A stretch of DNA of 64,000 nt, taken from Gammaproteobacteria bacterium. Lineage in GTDB: Bacteria; Pseudomonadota; Gammaproteobacteria; Eutrophobiales; Eutrophobiaceae. The notes below the pieces were generated by a model that was not told the origin of the DNA, did no database searches, and was given only the letters and a program-made list of their open reading frames with translations. The DNA is taken from the NCBI GenBank assembly GCA_965215365.1, contig CBDCDS010000003.1, positions 192,001-256,000 on the forward strand. Direction: 5' to 3'. Of the stretch, positions 49,042 through 60,804 are shown piece after piece. The position numbers were made by a program, and so were the translations under genes. The stretch's first letter is position 1. Every line of letters begins with the position of its first letter.

Positions 49042-52000
49042 TTTAGCAGTTCTCCATGCAAATCCTGCAGCGCGCGGATGTTATCGACCTGAGTATCGCC
49101 CAGCGCCGCGAGGATAGCCTTAGCGCCGGCGACGGTAGTGGTATAAAAGACCTTGTGCCGGATGGCGGTGGTCCTGATGAAATGGGAGTCCTTGATCGCC
49201 TGTCGGCCTTCAGTGGTGTTGACGATGAGACTGATTTCATCGTTTTTCAGCATATCGACGATATGCGGGTGACCGTCGGCGACCTTGTTCACCCTGGCGC
49301 AGTCCACCCCGGTCTGGCGGATGGCCGCGGCCGTGCCGGCGGTGGCACACAGGCTGAAACCGGCCGCAACAAAGTCGCCGGCAAGCTGTTGCGCCTCGGC
49401 CTTGTCTTTATCACGCACACTGATAAACACGACACCCCGGTGCGGAATTTCCTGGTTGGTGGCCAGTACCGCCTTGTTGTAGGCTTCACCGAAGCTGCTG
49501 CCGATACCCATGACCTCGCCGGTGGACTTCATTTCGGGGCCCAAAATGGGATCGACGCCAGGAAACTTGATGAACGGGAATACGGCTTCCTTGATGGAAT
49601 AAAAATTCGGTTTGGCAACGGCGCTCACCCCCTGCGCGGCCAGACTCTCGCCGGCCATGCAACGGGCCGCGATACGGGCCAGCGGCACGCCTGTCGCCTT
49701 GGAGACATAAGGCACGGTGCGGGAGGCGCGCGGGTTGACCTCCAGCACAAACACCGTATCACCCTGGATGGCGAATTGCGCGTTCATCAGGCCGCATACG
49801 TTCAGGCTGCGCGCCATGCGTTCGACCTGCTCGGCCAGCCGTTGCTGCATGGCCTCAGTCAAACTGAACGGCGGCAGCGAGCAGGCCGAATCGCCGGAAT
49901 GGATACCGGCCTGTTCAATGTGCTCCATGATACCGCCGATGACCACGTCTGTGCCGTCGGCGACGGCGTCCACATCCACCTCAATGGCCTTGTCCAGGAA
50001 CCGGTCCAGCAGCACCGGGGAGTCGTTGGAAACCGCCACGGCCCGGGACAGGTACTCTTTCAGGTCGGTGTCGCTATAGACGATTTCCATGGCGCGTCCA
50101 CCCAGCACATAGGAAGGCCGCACTACAATGGGATAGCCGATTTCCTGCGCCTGCTGCAACGCCTGCGGCAGGTTCCTGACAGTACGGTTGGACGGCTGTT
50201 GCAAATCTAACTGCTGCAACAGGCGCTGGAAACGTTCCCGGTCTTCCGCCAGATCTATCGAATCCGGGCTGGTGCCGATAATGGGCGCGCCGGCGGCCTC
50301 CAAGGCACGCGCCAGTTTCAGCGGCGTCTGACCGCCGAACTGCACGATGACCCCGCGCGGCTGTTCCACGTGGATGATTTCCAGCACATTCTCCAGTGTC
50401 AACGGCTCGAAGTAGAGCCGGTCGGAGGTATCGTAATCCGTGGACACGGTTTCCGGGTTACAGTTGACCATGATGGATTCCAGCCCCAGATCGCGTATTG
50501 CGAATGCGGCCTGCACACAGCAATAATCGAACTCAATGCCCTGGCCGATGCGGTTGGGACCGCCACCAAGCACCATGATCTTGTCCCTGGCACTGGGGTT
50601 GGCTTCACACTCTTCGTCATAAGTGGAGTACATATAAGCCGTGCTCGCGGGGAACTCTGCGGCGCAGGAGTCGACGCGCTTGTACACAGGCCGGATATCC
50701 AGTTCATGGCGCCGCTGCCTGACCGCGGCCTCAGCCACGCCCAGCAACGCGGCCAAGCGGCTGTCCGCAAAACCTTTTTGCTTGAGGCGATACAGGCATT
50801 CATGTGCAAGGGCGCGCACGTCAGCGCCGCGCAGGCGCCGCTCTTCATCGATCAAGTCCTGTATCTGCGCCAGGAACCAGGGGTCGATATGTGACAGGGC
50901 ATGAACCCGGTCCAAATCCATGCCGTGGCGGAACGCCTCGCCCACGTAGAGCAGCCGCTCCGCGCCGGGGTTCTGCAACTCGTGGGCGATGCCGAGCTGG
51001 TTTTCCTCACGCACTTCATCATACCGGTTGACAAACCCGTCCACGCCCGTTTCTAGGCCGCGCAAGGCCTTGTGCACGGATTCCTGGAAGGTCCTGCCGA
51101 TGGCCATCACCTCCCCTACGGATTTCATCTGGGTGGTGAGTTGGGCGTTGGCCTGAGGGAACTTCTCAAAGGTAAAGCGAGGGATCTTGGTGACAATATA
51201 ATCAATGGTCGGCTCGAATGAGGCCGGTGTGGCACCGCCGGTAATCTCGTTATCAAGCTCATCGAGGGTGTAGCCGACGGCCAGTTTCGCCGCCACCCGG
51301 GCGATGGGAAACCCGGTTGCCTTGGAAGCCAATGCCGACGAGCGGGAGACGCGCGGGTTCATTTCTATGATGAGCAGGCGACCGTCGGCGGGATTGACGG
51401 CAAACTGCACGTTGGAACCGCCGGTATCCACCCCGATCTCGCGCAACACCGCAATGGAGGCGTCGCGCATCAGCTGGTATTCCTTGTCGGTCAGGGTCAG
51501 CGCCGGCGCCACGGTGATCGAATCGCCGGTATGCACCCCCATGGCGTCCACGTTTTCGATGGAGCAAACGATGATGCAGTTGTCCTTGCGGTCGCGCACC
51601 ACTTCCATCTCAAACTCCTTCCAGCCCACCACAGATTGTTCGACCAGAATTTCACTAGTGGGGGAGGCTTCTAGGCCGCGCTCGCAAATTTCGATAAACT
51701 CCTCCCTGTTCCAAGCCACACCGCCGCCGCTGCCGCCTAAGGTGAATGACGGGCGAATGATGGTGGGGTAGCCGATTTGACGCTGAATCTCAAGGGCTGT
51801 ATCAAGGTCATGCGCCAGCTCCGATTCGGCCATCTCCAGCCCTATCTTGTGCATGGCGTGGCGGAATTTCTCCCGATCTTCGGCCTTGTCTATGGCTTCC
51901 TTGTCGGCGCCGATCATTTCCACGTTGCAGGCGTCCAGCACGCCATGGCGGTCCAGGTCCAAGGCCGTATTCAGGCCGGTCTGCCCGCCCATGGTCGGCA

Positions 52001-52259
52001 ACAGCGCCTGCGGGCGTTCCTGCTCAATAATTTTTGCCACCGTCTGCCAGCGCACCGGTTCGATGTAAGTGGCATCCGCCATCTCCGGGTCGGTCATGAT
52101 GGTAGCCGGGTTGGAATTGACCAAAATCACCCGGTAACCTTCCTCGCGCAACGCCTTGCAGGCTTGCGCGCCGGAATAGTCGAACTCACAGGCCTGACCG
52201 ATGACGATAGGCCCGGCGCCGATGATCAGAATACTTTCTATGTCAGTTCGTTTAGGCAT
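49038..52259 (-). CDS. carB: Carbamoyl-phosphate synthase large subunit
   Basis: [17 protein letters not shown], duplicated ATP-grasp domains, MGS domain. Confidence 0.98.
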   Translation of the reverse strand: MPKRTDIESILIIGAGPIVIGQACEFDYSGAQACKALREEGYRVILVNSNPATIMTDPEMADATYIEPVRWQTVAKIIEQERPQALLPTMGGQTGLNTALDLDRHGVLDACNVEMIGADKEAIDKAEDREKFRHAMHKIGLEMAESELAHDLDTALEIQRQIGYPTIIRPSFTLGGSGGGVAWNREEFIEICERGLEASPTSEILVEQSVVGWKEFEMEVVRDRKDNCIIVCSIENVDAMGVHTGDSITVAPALTLTDKEYQLMRDASIAVLREIGVDTGGSNVQFAVNPADGRLLIIEMNPRVSRSSALASKATGFPIARVAAKLAVGYTLDELDNEITGGATPASFEPTIDYIVTKIPRFTFEKFPQANAQLTTQMKSVGEVMAIGRTFQESVHKALRGLETGVDGFVNRYDEVREENQLGIAHELQNPGAERLLYVGEAFRHGMDLDRVHALSHIDPWFLAQIQDLIDEERRLRGADVRALAHECLYRLKQKGFADSRLAALLGVAEAAVRQRRHELDIRPVYKRVDSCAAEFPASTAYMYSTYDEECEANPSARDKIMVLGGGPNRIGQGIEFDYCCVQAAFAIRDLGLESIMVNCNPETVSTDYDTSDRLYFEPLTLENVLEIIHVEQPRGVIVQFGGQTPLKLARALEAAGAPIIGTSPDSIDLAEDRERFQRLLQQLDLQQPSNRTVRNLPQALQQAQEIGYPIVVRPSYVLGGRAMEIVYSDTDLKEYLSRAVAVSNDSPVLLDRFLDKAIEVDVDAVADGTDVVIGGIMEHIEQAGIHSGDSACSLPPFSLTEAMQQRLAEQVERMARSLNVCGLMNAQFAIQGDTVFVLEVNPRASRTVPYVSKATGVPLARIAARCMAGESLAAQGVSAVAKPNFYSIKEAVFPFIKFPGVDPILGPEMKSTGEVMGIGSSFGEAYNKAVLATNQEIPHRGVVFISVRDKDKAEAQQLAGDFVAAGFSLCATAGTAAAIRQTGVDCARVNKVADGHPHIVDMLKNDEISLIVNTTEGRQAIKDSHFIRTTAIRHKVFYTTTVAGAKAILAALGDTQVDNIRALQDLHGELLK

Positions 52260-52280
52260 TTATATCAGGTCAGGCACTGG

Positions 52281-52384
52281 CAGATTGGCGTGGTCTTTTC
52301 AAGACTGGTCGGCAGCCAGGACGGCTGCCGCAAAGCATACCGGGAAGTATCCACAGCGTGTCTTGAAAAGGCTACGCCAACCTG
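52281..52384. repeat. 104-bp inverted-repeat element between carA and carB
   Basis: 25-bp IR with 22 matches (52281-52305/52360-52384) enclosing hairpin CGGCAGCC-AGGAC-GGCTGCCG. Confidence 0.65.
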
Positions 52385-52393
52385 TTTTTAAGA

Positions 52394-53524
52394 TCATTCG
52401 GATGCACCCATGAGGCTCATAAAGTGGTCGAACAACGGCTTGATGTCGTGCGGACCGGGGCTGGCCTCGGGGTGGCCCTGGAAGCCGAAGGCCGGTTGTT
52501 CCCGGTGCTCGATACCTTGCACGGTGCCGTCGAACAACGACCGGTGTGTAACCACCAAGGTGTCGGGGATGGATGCTTCTGCTACGGTGAAGCCATGGTT
52601 CTGACTGGTGATCATCACCTTGCCGGTGGCCAGTTCCTGCACCGGATGGTTGCCGCCATGGTGGCCGAACTTCATCTTCACCGTTTCCGCCCCACAGGCC
52701 AGCCCCAGCAACTGGTGCCCCAGACAGATGCCGAAGGTGGGCATGCCTGCGGCCACAATGTCGCGAATGGCGTCGATGGCGTAAGCGCAGGGTTCCGGGT
52801 CGCCGGGACCGTTGGACAGGAACACGCCGTCCGGCGCGCGGGACAGTATCTCTTGCGCCGGGGTGGTAGCCGGCACGACTTCCAGTTCACAACCCAGCTC
52901 AGCGAAGATGCGCAGGATATTTCTTTTCACCCCGAAGTCCATGGCCACGACCTTACGCGTCGGCGCTGCGTCCGGTGTTGTATAACCCGCCCCCAGAGAC
53001 CAAACCCCTTCCTGCCAACGGTAATGCTGTGACGTGGTGACCTCTTGCGCCAGATCCATCCCCTTTAAGCCGGGAAAACCTCGGGCCAATTCCAATGCCC
53101 GTACTGCGTCCGGTTGCTGCCCGGTCAGGATACAGCCGTCCTGCGCGCCCTGATCCCGCAGCAGGCGGGTCAGCCGCCGGGTATCGATATTGGCGATGGC
53201 AACGACCCCGTTAGCCGCCAGATAATCAGTAAGAGACTGCTCACTGCGCCAGTTGCTCAGCCGGTACGGCGCCTGCTTGATAACCATGCCGGCGGCATAA
53301 ACCCGGTCGGATTCCGTATCTTCCCGGTTCGCGCCCACGTTCCCGATCTGCGGCTGGGTAAAAGTGATAATCTGGCGACAATAGGACGGGTCGGTAAGAA
53401 TCTCCTGATAACCGGTGCTCGAAGTATTAAACACCACCTCCCCCACCGCGGTGCCGTCCACGCCGATGGAATCACCATAAAACAGACTACCGTCCGCCAA
53501 CGCCAGCAACGCCGAATGACCCAA
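52394..53524 (-). CDS. carA: Carbamoyl-phosphate synthase small subunit
   Basis: [33 protein letters not shown]; TTG start after GGAGG. Confidence 0.96.
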   Translation of the reverse strand: MGHSALLALADGSLFYGDSIGVDGTAVGEVVFNTSSTGYQEILTDPSYCRQIITFTQPQIGNVGANREDTESDRVYAAGMVIKQAPYRLSNWRSEQSLTDYLAANGVVAIANIDTRRLTRLLRDQGAQDGCILTGQQPDAVRALELARGFPGLKGMDLAQEVTTSQHYRWQEGVWSLGAGYTTPDAAPTRKVVAMDFGVKRNILRIFAELGCELEVVPATTPAQEILSRAPDGVFLSNGPGDPEPCAYAIDAIRDIVAAGMPTFGICLGHQLLGLACGAETVKMKFGHHGGNHPVQELATGKVMITSQNHGFTVAEASIPDTLVVTHRSLFDGTVQGIEHREQPAFGFQGHPEASPGPHDIKPLFDHFMSLMGASE

Positions 53525-53552
53525 AAAAACCTCCGCCGAAGTAACACACATA

Positions 53553-53588
53553 CAAAACGGGAGCAACCTGCTGATTACTCCCGCTTGC
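53553..53588 (-). promoter_or_regulatory. carA leader terminator/attenuator hairpin
   Basis: Minus strand AAGCGGGAG-TAATCAGCAGGTTG-CTCCCGTTTTG between promoter-like TCGACA-18-TACACT and the carA SD. Confidence 0.6.
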
Positions 53589-53710
53589 CGATGGCGTGTA
53601 GTGTACTAAATTGAGGGGTCGGGTGTCGATTGGTTTTTCGATGGAAAAAATTAAACAACGGCTCAGAGGTCATCTTGATAGCAAATATATTTTGCATCAT
53701 CATGTATCGC

Positions 53711-53944
53711 ATGCGTACAACGGTAACATTGGAGCCTGAAACAGAACGCTTGCTTCGTGAAGCGATGCATCAGCGCGGGCAAAGCTTCAAGGAAGCGTTA
53801 AACTAGGCCGTTACCAGGGGGCTTGCGGACTTGCTTAGCGATACGGATAAAACGCCTTTTGTCCAGCCGTCATTTCCTATGGGTCTGCGCGCCGGTCACG
53901 ACCCCGCCCCTCAATGATGACATGGAAGTGGATGCTTTCCTTAG
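53711..53944 (+). pseudogene. VapB-like antitoxin pseudogene
   Basis: MRTTVTLEPETERLLREAM...SFKEALN*AVTRGL with in-frame TAG at 53804; later frameshift to LNDDMEVDAFL; no toxin follows. Confidence 0.7.
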
Positions 53945-54042
53945 TTCTTGTATTCTGCTGTATTTCTGTTAGACTTCAGTGCCTTTTTGTAACTGCGTGA
54001 CTGCCGGCCTGCTCCGGGGTGTCCGCATAAACAGGAGCTTCT

Positions 54043-54258
54043 ATGCCCAGTGTAAAAGTAAAAGAGAACGAACCATTCGATTTCGCCCTGCGCCGTTTCA
54101 AGCGCGCCTGTGAAAAAGCCGGTATCCTGGCCGAAGTGCATCGGCGTGAATTTTATGAAAAACCCACCCAGATGAGAAAAAGAAAGGCTGCTGCCGCGGT
54201 CAAACGCCACCAGAAGCGCCAGGGACGCTCCGGCCCCCGGCCTGTCAGACAATATTGA
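54043..54258 (+). CDS. rpsU: 30S ribosomal protein S21
   Basis: [21 protein letters not shown]...REFYEKPT. Confidence 0.97.
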   Translation: MPSVKVKENEPFDFALRRFKRACEKAGILAEVHRREFYEKPTQMRKRKAAAAVKRHQKRQGRSGPRPVRQY

Positions 54259-54281
54259 ACTTTTCCAGCCGTTGACTGCCC

Positions 54282-54731
54282 ATGAGCGAACTCAAAGACC
54301 GGATTAACGAAGACGTTAAATCTGCCATGCGCAGCAAGGACAAGGAGCGCCTTGCCGCGTTGCGCCTCATCACCGCCGCCATTAAACAAAGAGAAATAGA
54401 TGAGCGCATCAGTCTTGATGATGTGCAAGTCAGCGCGGTGCTCAATAAAATGGCGAAGCAGCAGCGCGACTCCATCGAACAATATGGCGCGGCGGGCCGT
54501 GCTGATCTGGTTAAAAAAGAGCAGTTTGAACTGGGTATCATCCTGGGTTACCTGCCGCAACCGCTGGACGCGGCAGAGATCAGCGCCAGGGTTGCTGAAG
54601 CCATTGCCGCCACCGGCGCAGTCGGCATGAAAGATATGGGTAAAGTGATGGGACAACTGAAGGCTGTGCTGCAAGGACGCGCAGACCTGGGCCAGGTCAG
54701 CGCGCTGGTAAAAGCCCGCCTGAATCAGTAG
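54282..54731 (+). CDS. yqeY: GatB/YqeY domain protein
   Basis: AAIKQREID, KQQRDSIEQY, YLPQPL, DMGKVMG. Confidence 0.92.
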   Translation: MSELKDRINEDVKSAMRSKDKERLAALRLITAAIKQREIDERISLDDVQVSAVLNKMAKQQRDSIEQYGAAGRADLVKKEQFELGIILGYLPQPLDAAEISARVAEAIAATGAVGMKDMGKVMGQLKAVLQGRADLGQVSALVKARLNQ

Positions 54732-54832
54732 TATGGTAACCTCTAAGAATGCCTCCGTGGCACCTAAGCAGAGACGGAAATGAAAAAGTATGATTTTTCA
54801 TTAGGGCTTTCCTATAAATTCCGGCAGCACTT

Positions 54833-56653
54833 ATGGCAGGCAGAATACCACAGCATTTTATCGATGACCTGCTGGCGCGGGCCGATATCGTTGAGGTGAT
54901 TGACAGCTACGTCCCGCTACGCAAGGCTGGTAAGAACCATCAGGCCCGTTGTCCGTTCCACGAAGAGAAGACGCCTTCGTTTACGGTAAACCAGGACAAG
55001 CAGTTCTACCACTGCTTCGGTTGCGGCGCCAATGGCACGGTCATCAACTTCCTGATGGAGCACAACGGCCTGGGTTTTGTTGAAGCCGTTGAAGATCTGG
55101 CCGGGCGTTACGGGCTGGAAATCCCCCGTGAGGCGGGCTATCAGCCCGAAGCAAAGCAGCACCTGGAGTTGTATGAATTACTGGAGCAGGCCGCGCGTTT
55201 TTACCGCAGCAACCTGCAACACCAGCAGGGCGAGGCGGACGCATACCTGCAAGGGCGCGGCCTCAGTCAGGCAATCATGGCGGATTATGAAATCGGCTAC
55301 GCGCCGCCGGGCTGGCAGAACCTGCTTAACGCGCTGGGCAAGACTGCCGTGATTAGAACCGGCATGATCGCGGCCGGCCTGATTAAAGCGCGGGAGTCCC
55401 AGGCTGGCGCCGCTGCCGGACACCCGTCTGTTCAAGCAACTGCCGGTGACACCAGCGGGTACTATGACCGGTTTCGCAACCGCATTATGTTCCCAATTCG
55501 TGACCCGCGCGGGCGCGTCATCGGGTTTGGGGGGCGGGCGCTGGATCCTGAGGACAATGCCAAATACCTGAATTCCCCGGAAACACCCTTGTTCCACAAG
55601 GGTCGAGAATTATACGGCCTGTTCCAGGCGCGTCGCCAGAAAAAAAAGCCTGACAGCTTGTACGTCGTGGAGGGCTATATGGACGTCGTGGCGCTGGCTC
55701 AACACGGCATCGGCAACGTGGTTGCCACCTTGGGCACTGCGGTAACGGAACACCACCTGAGGAAACTGTTCCAAGTCGTTAGCCGGATCGTCTTCTGCTT
55801 CGATGGCGATAACGCCGGCAGAACGGCGGCGCGGCGTTCCCTGGAAATCGCCATCCCCCTCCTCCAGGAGGGGCGGCAGGTCTTTTTTAAGTTTATGCCA
55901 CAGGGAGAAGACCCCGACAGCTTTGTCCGTCAACATGGCGCGCAGCGCTTCTGCGCTGATGAAAATACCGTGCCGCTGTCCGATTTTCTGCTGGATACCG
56001 TGCGGGCGGGAAGCGGCAATGCCACCCGCGAGGCGCGCGGAAATTTTCTCGACAACATGATGCCGTTCCTGAAAAAAATGCCTGCCAGCGGGCTGCGCCA
56101 GTTGCTGCTGCAGGAAGTCGCCGACGCCGCGCAAACCACGGTCGAGGAGTTGCGTCGGCAATTACTCGACAGGTCTGCGGACACAACACGCCGCACCCGG
56201 GTCGCACGGCTGCTGCGACAACAGGGTAGCAGGGAACAGATCAGCGTGCTGATTCAATACATTCTGCACCGGCCGGAACTGGCCATGCGGGTGGAGGACC
56301 CGGCAGCGCTATCGGGAGTATCCATGCCGGGGGTTGATTTTCTGCAGGAACTCGTCTCATTGGTACATGCAAACCCCGAAATAACCTGTGCCGGGTTACT
56401 GGAACGTTATCGCGCCTCGCGCTTTGAAGCCAGACTGAATGAACTTGCATCCGGCTTCGACCTGCCGACGACCGAGGAGTTTGATATGGAAGGCGAGTTT
56501 GTTGACAGAATGGAAAAACTGAAAGCGGTCAAATCACGGCAAGCCTGGGAAGAGGAGCTCGCCGGCAGCAAACCCAGCGACCTGTCGGACCAGGACAAAC
56601 AGCGCCTGCGGCAGCATTATTCCGCCGCCAGGAATAATAACGGCAAACAATAG
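54833..56653 (+). CDS. dnaG: DNA primase
   Basis: CPFHEEKTPSF, CFGCG, KYLNSPET, VVEGYMDV, FDGD, DPD. Confidence 0.97.
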   Translation: MAGRIPQHFIDDLLARADIVEVIDSYVPLRKAGKNHQARCPFHEEKTPSFTVNQDKQFYHCFGCGANGTVINFLMEHNGLGFVEAVEDLAGRYGLEIPREAGYQPEAKQHLELYELLEQAARFYRSNLQHQQGEADAYLQGRGLSQAIMADYEIGYAPPGWQNLLNALGKTAVIRTGMIAAGLIKARESQAGAAAGHPSVQATAGDTSGYYDRFRNRIMFPIRDPRGRVIGFGGRALDPEDNAKYLNSPETPLFHKGRELYGLFQARRQKKKPDSLYVVEGYMDVVALAQHGIGNVVATLGTAVTEHHLRKLFQVVSRIVFCFDGDNAGRTAARRSLEIAIPLLQEGRQVFFKFMPQGEDPDSFVRQHGAQRFCADENTVPLSDFLLDTVRAGSGNATREARGNFLDNMMPFLKKMPASGLRQLLLQEVADAAQTTVEELRRQLLDRSADTTRRTRVARLLRQQGSREQISVLIQYILHRPELAMRVEDPAALSGVSMPGVDFLQELVSLVHANPEITCAGLLERYRASRFEARLNELASGFDLPTTEEFDMEGEFVDRMEKLKAVKSRQAWEEELAGSKPSDLSDQDKQRLRQHYSAARNNNGKQ

Positions 56654-56732
56654 CGGCAGTGCGCCTTGGGCACCAATAACTGAGCATCACTCACCTGTTG
56701 CGCTCTGCAAATCATTTTCAGGATCAAACAGG

Positions 56733-57887
56733 TCATCGATGCGATGTCCCTTGGTTGATTAAGAACAAAAATTCCTGATTTTTTTGTTCGGACTCCCTGA
56801 TCCATTCATTGGTCCATTTCATATTCGCCATAACATTTTTCTGGTAGTCGATTTTCCTTACCTCCACCAGTTCCCCGTTGTTTTTTAGAATGTTATTCAG
56901 TTCTGCTGCTGTGCTTCTGCCAGTTGAACTGTATGACAACAATACCCATTCTGCGCGAGTTTTTTGTATCAATTTTTCTATTGCTTCCACAGCGACATAT
57001 CTGCCAGATGCAGAATTTTTTCTAAATTCTTCAAACACGGAACCAGAAATTTTGTCGGAAGTGTCGCTCCGTCGATTGGCTTTGCCGAATACATCGGGTT
57101 TATCGTTCAGGCAAATTGTAGTCCATGGATGATAGTAAGACGCATATCGAACGCGAGACGGAGGCATTTTTTCATTGTTTGAACCGTATGGGGGATCGTA
57201 GTACGCTAAGTCAACATCACTCCCTGCCACATCGAAAACATCTTTGCGCAAAACCATGTGCTCCAAATCATGTTCGAAGACCTTTGGAACCTCGAGGCAT
57301 AATTCTTTGTATGATCTGGGAGACCACTCTTTTAAGTAGGAAACATAGTGACCTAAAGTGCTGTCAACTTTGTCCAAAGCGAGTATCAAACTTGTTAATG
57401 CCACGGACTCTTCAATGGGAGATAAACACAATTCATCTATTCTGTTTCTTATGCCGTCCAATTTCATCGTGTTGTGAATTTGCCAGGGTTTTTTGAATCC
57501 ATTACTTTGAGTCGAGCTCCCTCCATTGGCATGGCCGCCGTAATAATTTGTAAACCAGCCTTCTATCGGTCGTGTGGCGTTCAGTTCTTCGATAAGATCT
57601 TTGTATGCGTGCGCAGGCTTTCGGCTTAACAGATAACATGTACCAAAAACTTCAGACCAAACAGCCATATCGTTGCAGACAACTTCGTAGCCGGATTTTG
57701 CCAAACATTGCGATACACGGGTAGAACCGGAAAAACCGTCAAGAACAGTCTTGGCGGATGTCTTGGAAATCGTATCCAGGATGTAGGGAATCAACTTGAG
57801 TTTTGAACCGGCATACTTGATCCCTTCCGTTTCAGGAATATCCAGGGCACAATCGTCGAATAATGGGATTGTAGAACCCCGGATCAT
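56733..57887 (-). CDS. DNA adenine methyltransferase (D12 class)
   Basis: IKYAGSKLKL, LDGFSGS, YYDPPY, LSYS, EFLF; AT-rich. Confidence 0.88.
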   Translation of the reverse strand: MIRGSTIPLFDDCALDIPETEGIKYAGSKLKLIPYILDTISKTSAKTVLDGFSGSTRVSQCLAKSGYEVVCNDMAVWSEVFGTCYLLSRKPAHAYKDLIEELNATRPIEGWFTNYYGGHANGGSSTQSNGFKKPWQIHNTMKLDGIRNRIDELCLSPIEESVALTSLILALDKVDSTLGHYVSYLKEWSPRSYKELCLEVPKVFEHDLEHMVLRKDVFDVAGSDVDLAYYDPPYGSNNEKMPPSRVRYASYYHPWTTICLNDKPDVFGKANRRSDTSDKISGSVFEEFRKNSASGRYVAVEAIEKLIQKTRAEWVLLSYSSTGRSTAAELNNILKNNGELVEVRKIDYQKNVMANMKWTNEWIRESEQKNQEFLFLINQGTSHR

Positions 57888-58269
57888 ATATTTTCCCTCT
57901 TTCGTATCTTCTCAATATCTTCTTGCACTCTTTTCAATGCTTCAGAGTGGCCAGTATCGCTCGACACAAGAGCGTGAGAAAATAACTTCACCAATACTTG
58001 ATTATGCGAATAATCAATCCAACCATTAGTGACACTTTCAAAATACTTCATTCCATTCTGAATAAGTCTTTTCCAACATGAGTGGCTCGAAAATCGTACA
58101 TATATTGGTTGACAAATTCACTAATCGCAATTTCGGCCAAATCTCCGTGTGTTTTATTGCCGATCAATCTCATTGTGAATATATTGCTCAAAGTGGTTGT
58201 TATCAATGATGGGTGCTTTTTTATCAGCAGTTTCAACCTTTTAATGAAATTCTTGTAAGAATCAGACAT
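57884..58269 (-). pseudogene. Probable restriction endonuclease with internal deletion/frameshift
   Basis: N-fragment ...NKTHGDLAEIAISEF...GKDLFRME*, and in another frame a C-fragment ...TNGWIDYSHNQVLVKLFSHALVS...RENI* whose TGA overlaps the MTase ATG. Confidence 0.55.
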
Positions 58270-58509
58270 TCTCGTTCCTTGTTGGTTGATCAATCTCAGG
58301 TTGCTTGAGGAAATGAAAGATGAGCATATAGTACTTTATTCGGTATCTGGTTGTCCAAATCCAGACATTCTCAATGAGTGTCAGGGAAATAGTTTGGATT
58401 TTTACAGGCTGTAGTAGCCTGCGACAATGCTGATCTTTTACGGATATGGAATTTGCAGCAGCCTGATCAGCATGCGGAGTGCTTGCAAGATTCACCTGCT
58501 GTCGATATG

Positions 58510-58518
58510 TGCTATACT
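58510..58518 (+). promoter_or_regulatory. Extended -10 element upstream of rpoD
   Basis: TGCTATACT about 100 bp before the rpoD ATG. Confidence 0.5.
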
Positions 58519-58617
58519 AGCGGATTATTTCAAAGGCGCCTTTAATTCAGCCCTTGTAATGGCTGAGTGATGGTCGCATAAGTAACCTGACCACCTGATA
58601 ACCGAATACACACGCCT

Positions 58618-60459
58618 ATGTCGGATATTGAGACACTTGACGAAGAACACGAGCACGACGATGATGATGAGTCGCAGCTGAAACTGTTGATTGCGAAGGG
58701 TAAGGAACAGGGCTTCGTTACTTACCACGAAATCACGGAGCACCTGCCGGATGAGATAGTTGATCCGGAACAGATAGAGGACATCATCAACATGATCGCG
58801 GATATGGGCATCGAAGTCCATGAGTTCCCGCCGGATCTGGACCAGTTGCTGCCGAGTAATTCAGACTCCTCGGACGGTGCCAGCGCGCCCCTGATCAGTG
58901 TTGAAAGTGAGCTCGGCAGGACCACTGACCCGGTGCGTATGTACATGCGGGAAATGGGCACCGTTGACCTGTTGACGCGCCAGGGCGAGATAAAAATTGC
59001 CAAACGTATTGAGGCGGGCATGAACCAGGTCCTGTTTGCGCTGTCTCAGTACCCCGGCACTATCGACAGGTTGCTCGATGCATATCAGGGTGTTCAGAAC
59101 AAGGAACAGAAATTAAGCGATGTCATTCTTGGCTTCTCAGCTCAGGACGAGTACCCGGACAGCGGCCTGCCGGCCAAGCCCAAGAAACAATCGTCGCGCC
59201 AGAACCAGGATGATGATACCAGTGACAGCGACAATGATGATGGCCTGGACCTGGAAGAAGTGCGCGCGGCAATCACCGGGCTGGGCAACCTCTACAAGAG
59301 GCTGGTCACATCCATAAAACGCAAGGGCAAGGACCATAAAGCCACCGTACTGATACAGGATGACATCACCGAAAAGTTCCTGAAATTGCGGCTCGCGCCC
59401 AAATTCATCACCGGCCTGACGACCAACGTGCGTAGCACCATCGATATGATTCGCAAGACCGAGCGCGAAGTCATGCGCCTGTGCGTGAAAACGGCCCTTA
59501 TGCCGCGCAAGGATTTCATCGCCTGCTTCCCCGGCAATGAGACCGAGGTCAAGTGGATCAAGCAGCGTATTGAAAGTGATGCTCCCTACGCGCAAAAGCT
59601 GACAGAGGTGCAACAACAGGTCATCGGTATCCAGGAAAAATTAGCTGCGACGCTGGACAGGAATTTGCTTTCTGTGGCGGCCATCAAGGAGGTTAACAAG
59701 AAAATCTCCATCGGCGAGGCGAAGATGCGCAAGGCAAAAAAGGAAATGGTAGAGGCCAACTTGCGCCTGGTCATTTCCATCGCCAAGAAATATACCAATC
59801 GCGGCCTGCTGTTTCTGGACCTGATCCAGGAGGGCAATATCGGCCTGATGAAGGCGGTGGACAAATTTGAATACCGGCGTGGATACAAGTTCTCCACCTA
59901 TGCAACCTGGTGGATTCGCCAGGCCATTACTCGTTCCATTGCCGATCAGGCCAGGACGATACGCATCCCGGTGCACATGATTGAGACTATCAACAAGCTC
60001 AACCGGATCTCGCGCCAGATACTGCAGGAACAAGGTCGGGAAGCCACCCCGGAGGAGCTGTCAGAGAAGATGGAAATGCCCGAAGAAAAGGTGCGCAAGG
60101 TGCTCAAGATAGCCAAGGAACCCATTTCCATGGAAACGCCCATCGGTGACGACGACGATTCCCACTTGGGCGATTTTATTGAAGATCTGGGGACGCAGGC
60201 ACCGGCCGATTATGCCAATTTTGAAGGTCTGAAGCAGACCATGAAGGACTCGCTCAACGGCTTGACCTCGCGCGAGGCCAAGGTGTTGCGCATGCGCTTC
60301 GGTATCGAGATGAACACCGACCACACCTTAGAAGAGGTAGGTAAGCAATTTGATGTAACCCGTGAGCGCATCCGCCAGATCGAAGCCAAGGCCTTACGCA
60401 AGCTGCGCCACCCCAGCCGCTCGGAGCAACTGCGCACGTTTACTGAAAGAAACAGTTGA
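58618..60459 (+). CDS. rpoD: RNA polymerase sigma factor RpoD
   Basis: [60 protein letters not shown]. Confidence 0.98.
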   Translation: MSDIETLDEEHEHDDDDESQLKLLIAKGKEQGFVTYHEITEHLPDEIVDPEQIEDIINMIADMGIEVHEFPPDLDQLLPSNSDSSDGASAPLISVESELGRTTDPVRMYMREMGTVDLLTRQGEIKIAKRIEAGMNQVLFALSQYPGTIDRLLDAYQGVQNKEQKLSDVILGFSAQDEYPDSGLPAKPKKQSSRQNQDDDTSDSDNDDGLDLEEVRAAITGLGNLYKRLVTSIKRKGKDHKATVLIQDDITEKFLKLRLAPKFITGLTTNVRSTIDMIRKTEREVMRLCVKTALMPRKDFIACFPGNETEVKWIKQRIESDAPYAQKLTEVQQQVIGIQEKLAATLDRNLLSVAAIKEVNKKISIGEAKMRKAKKEMVEANLRLVISIAKKYTNRGLLFLDLIQEGNIGLMKAVDKFEYRRGYKFSTYATWWIRQAITRSIADQARTIRIPVHMIETINKLNRISRQILQEQGREATPEELSEKMEMPEEKVRKVLKIAKEPISMETPIGDDDDSHLGDFIEDLGTQAPADYANFEGLKQTMKDSLNGLTSREAKVLRMRFGIEMNTDHTLEEVGKQFDVTRERIRQIEAKALRKLRHPSRSEQLRTFTERNS

Positions 60460-60551
60460 CAGCAACGGCGGATTTGAGTACAAGGAACTCAGGTTACCTT
60501 AAGAACCTGCGACAATATGACGAACCTGCTATATTATAAAAGGAGTGAAAA

Positions 60552-60767
60552 ATGACTTACGTTGACAAGCCGGACTGGCAAAAGTCCCTGGAACATCACG
60601 AAGAACTGTGCAAGGAACAGTATCGGGCAGCATACAAGGAGATGCAGTTCATGCGGGAAGATATGCGCGAGATGCGTGTCGAAATGCGCAGCAACTTCCG
60701 TTGGCTGGTCGGCATCATACTGGCGTGGCCGCCGCTGTTCATTGCCGCCTTGAAACTGGTTGCCTGA
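60552..60767 (+). CDS. Small coiled-coil protein with C-terminal TM helix, copy 1
   Basis: AAGGAG SD; heptads EMQFMREDMREMRVEMR; TM WLVGIILAWPPLFIAAL. Confidence 0.75.
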   Translation: MTYVDKPDWQKSLEHHEELCKEQYRAAYKEMQFMREDMREMRVEMRSNFRWLVGIILAWPPLFIAALKLVA

Positions 60768-60804
60768 TGTTTTAGGAACTGCCACCCTATAAAAGGAGTG
60801 AAAA

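Noticed and set aside
55390-55460. Ala/Gly-rich insertion in DnaG with a short direct repeat CTGCCGG(TG)ACACC
   Set aside because: Falls in a variable loop; too short for an intein or mobile element.
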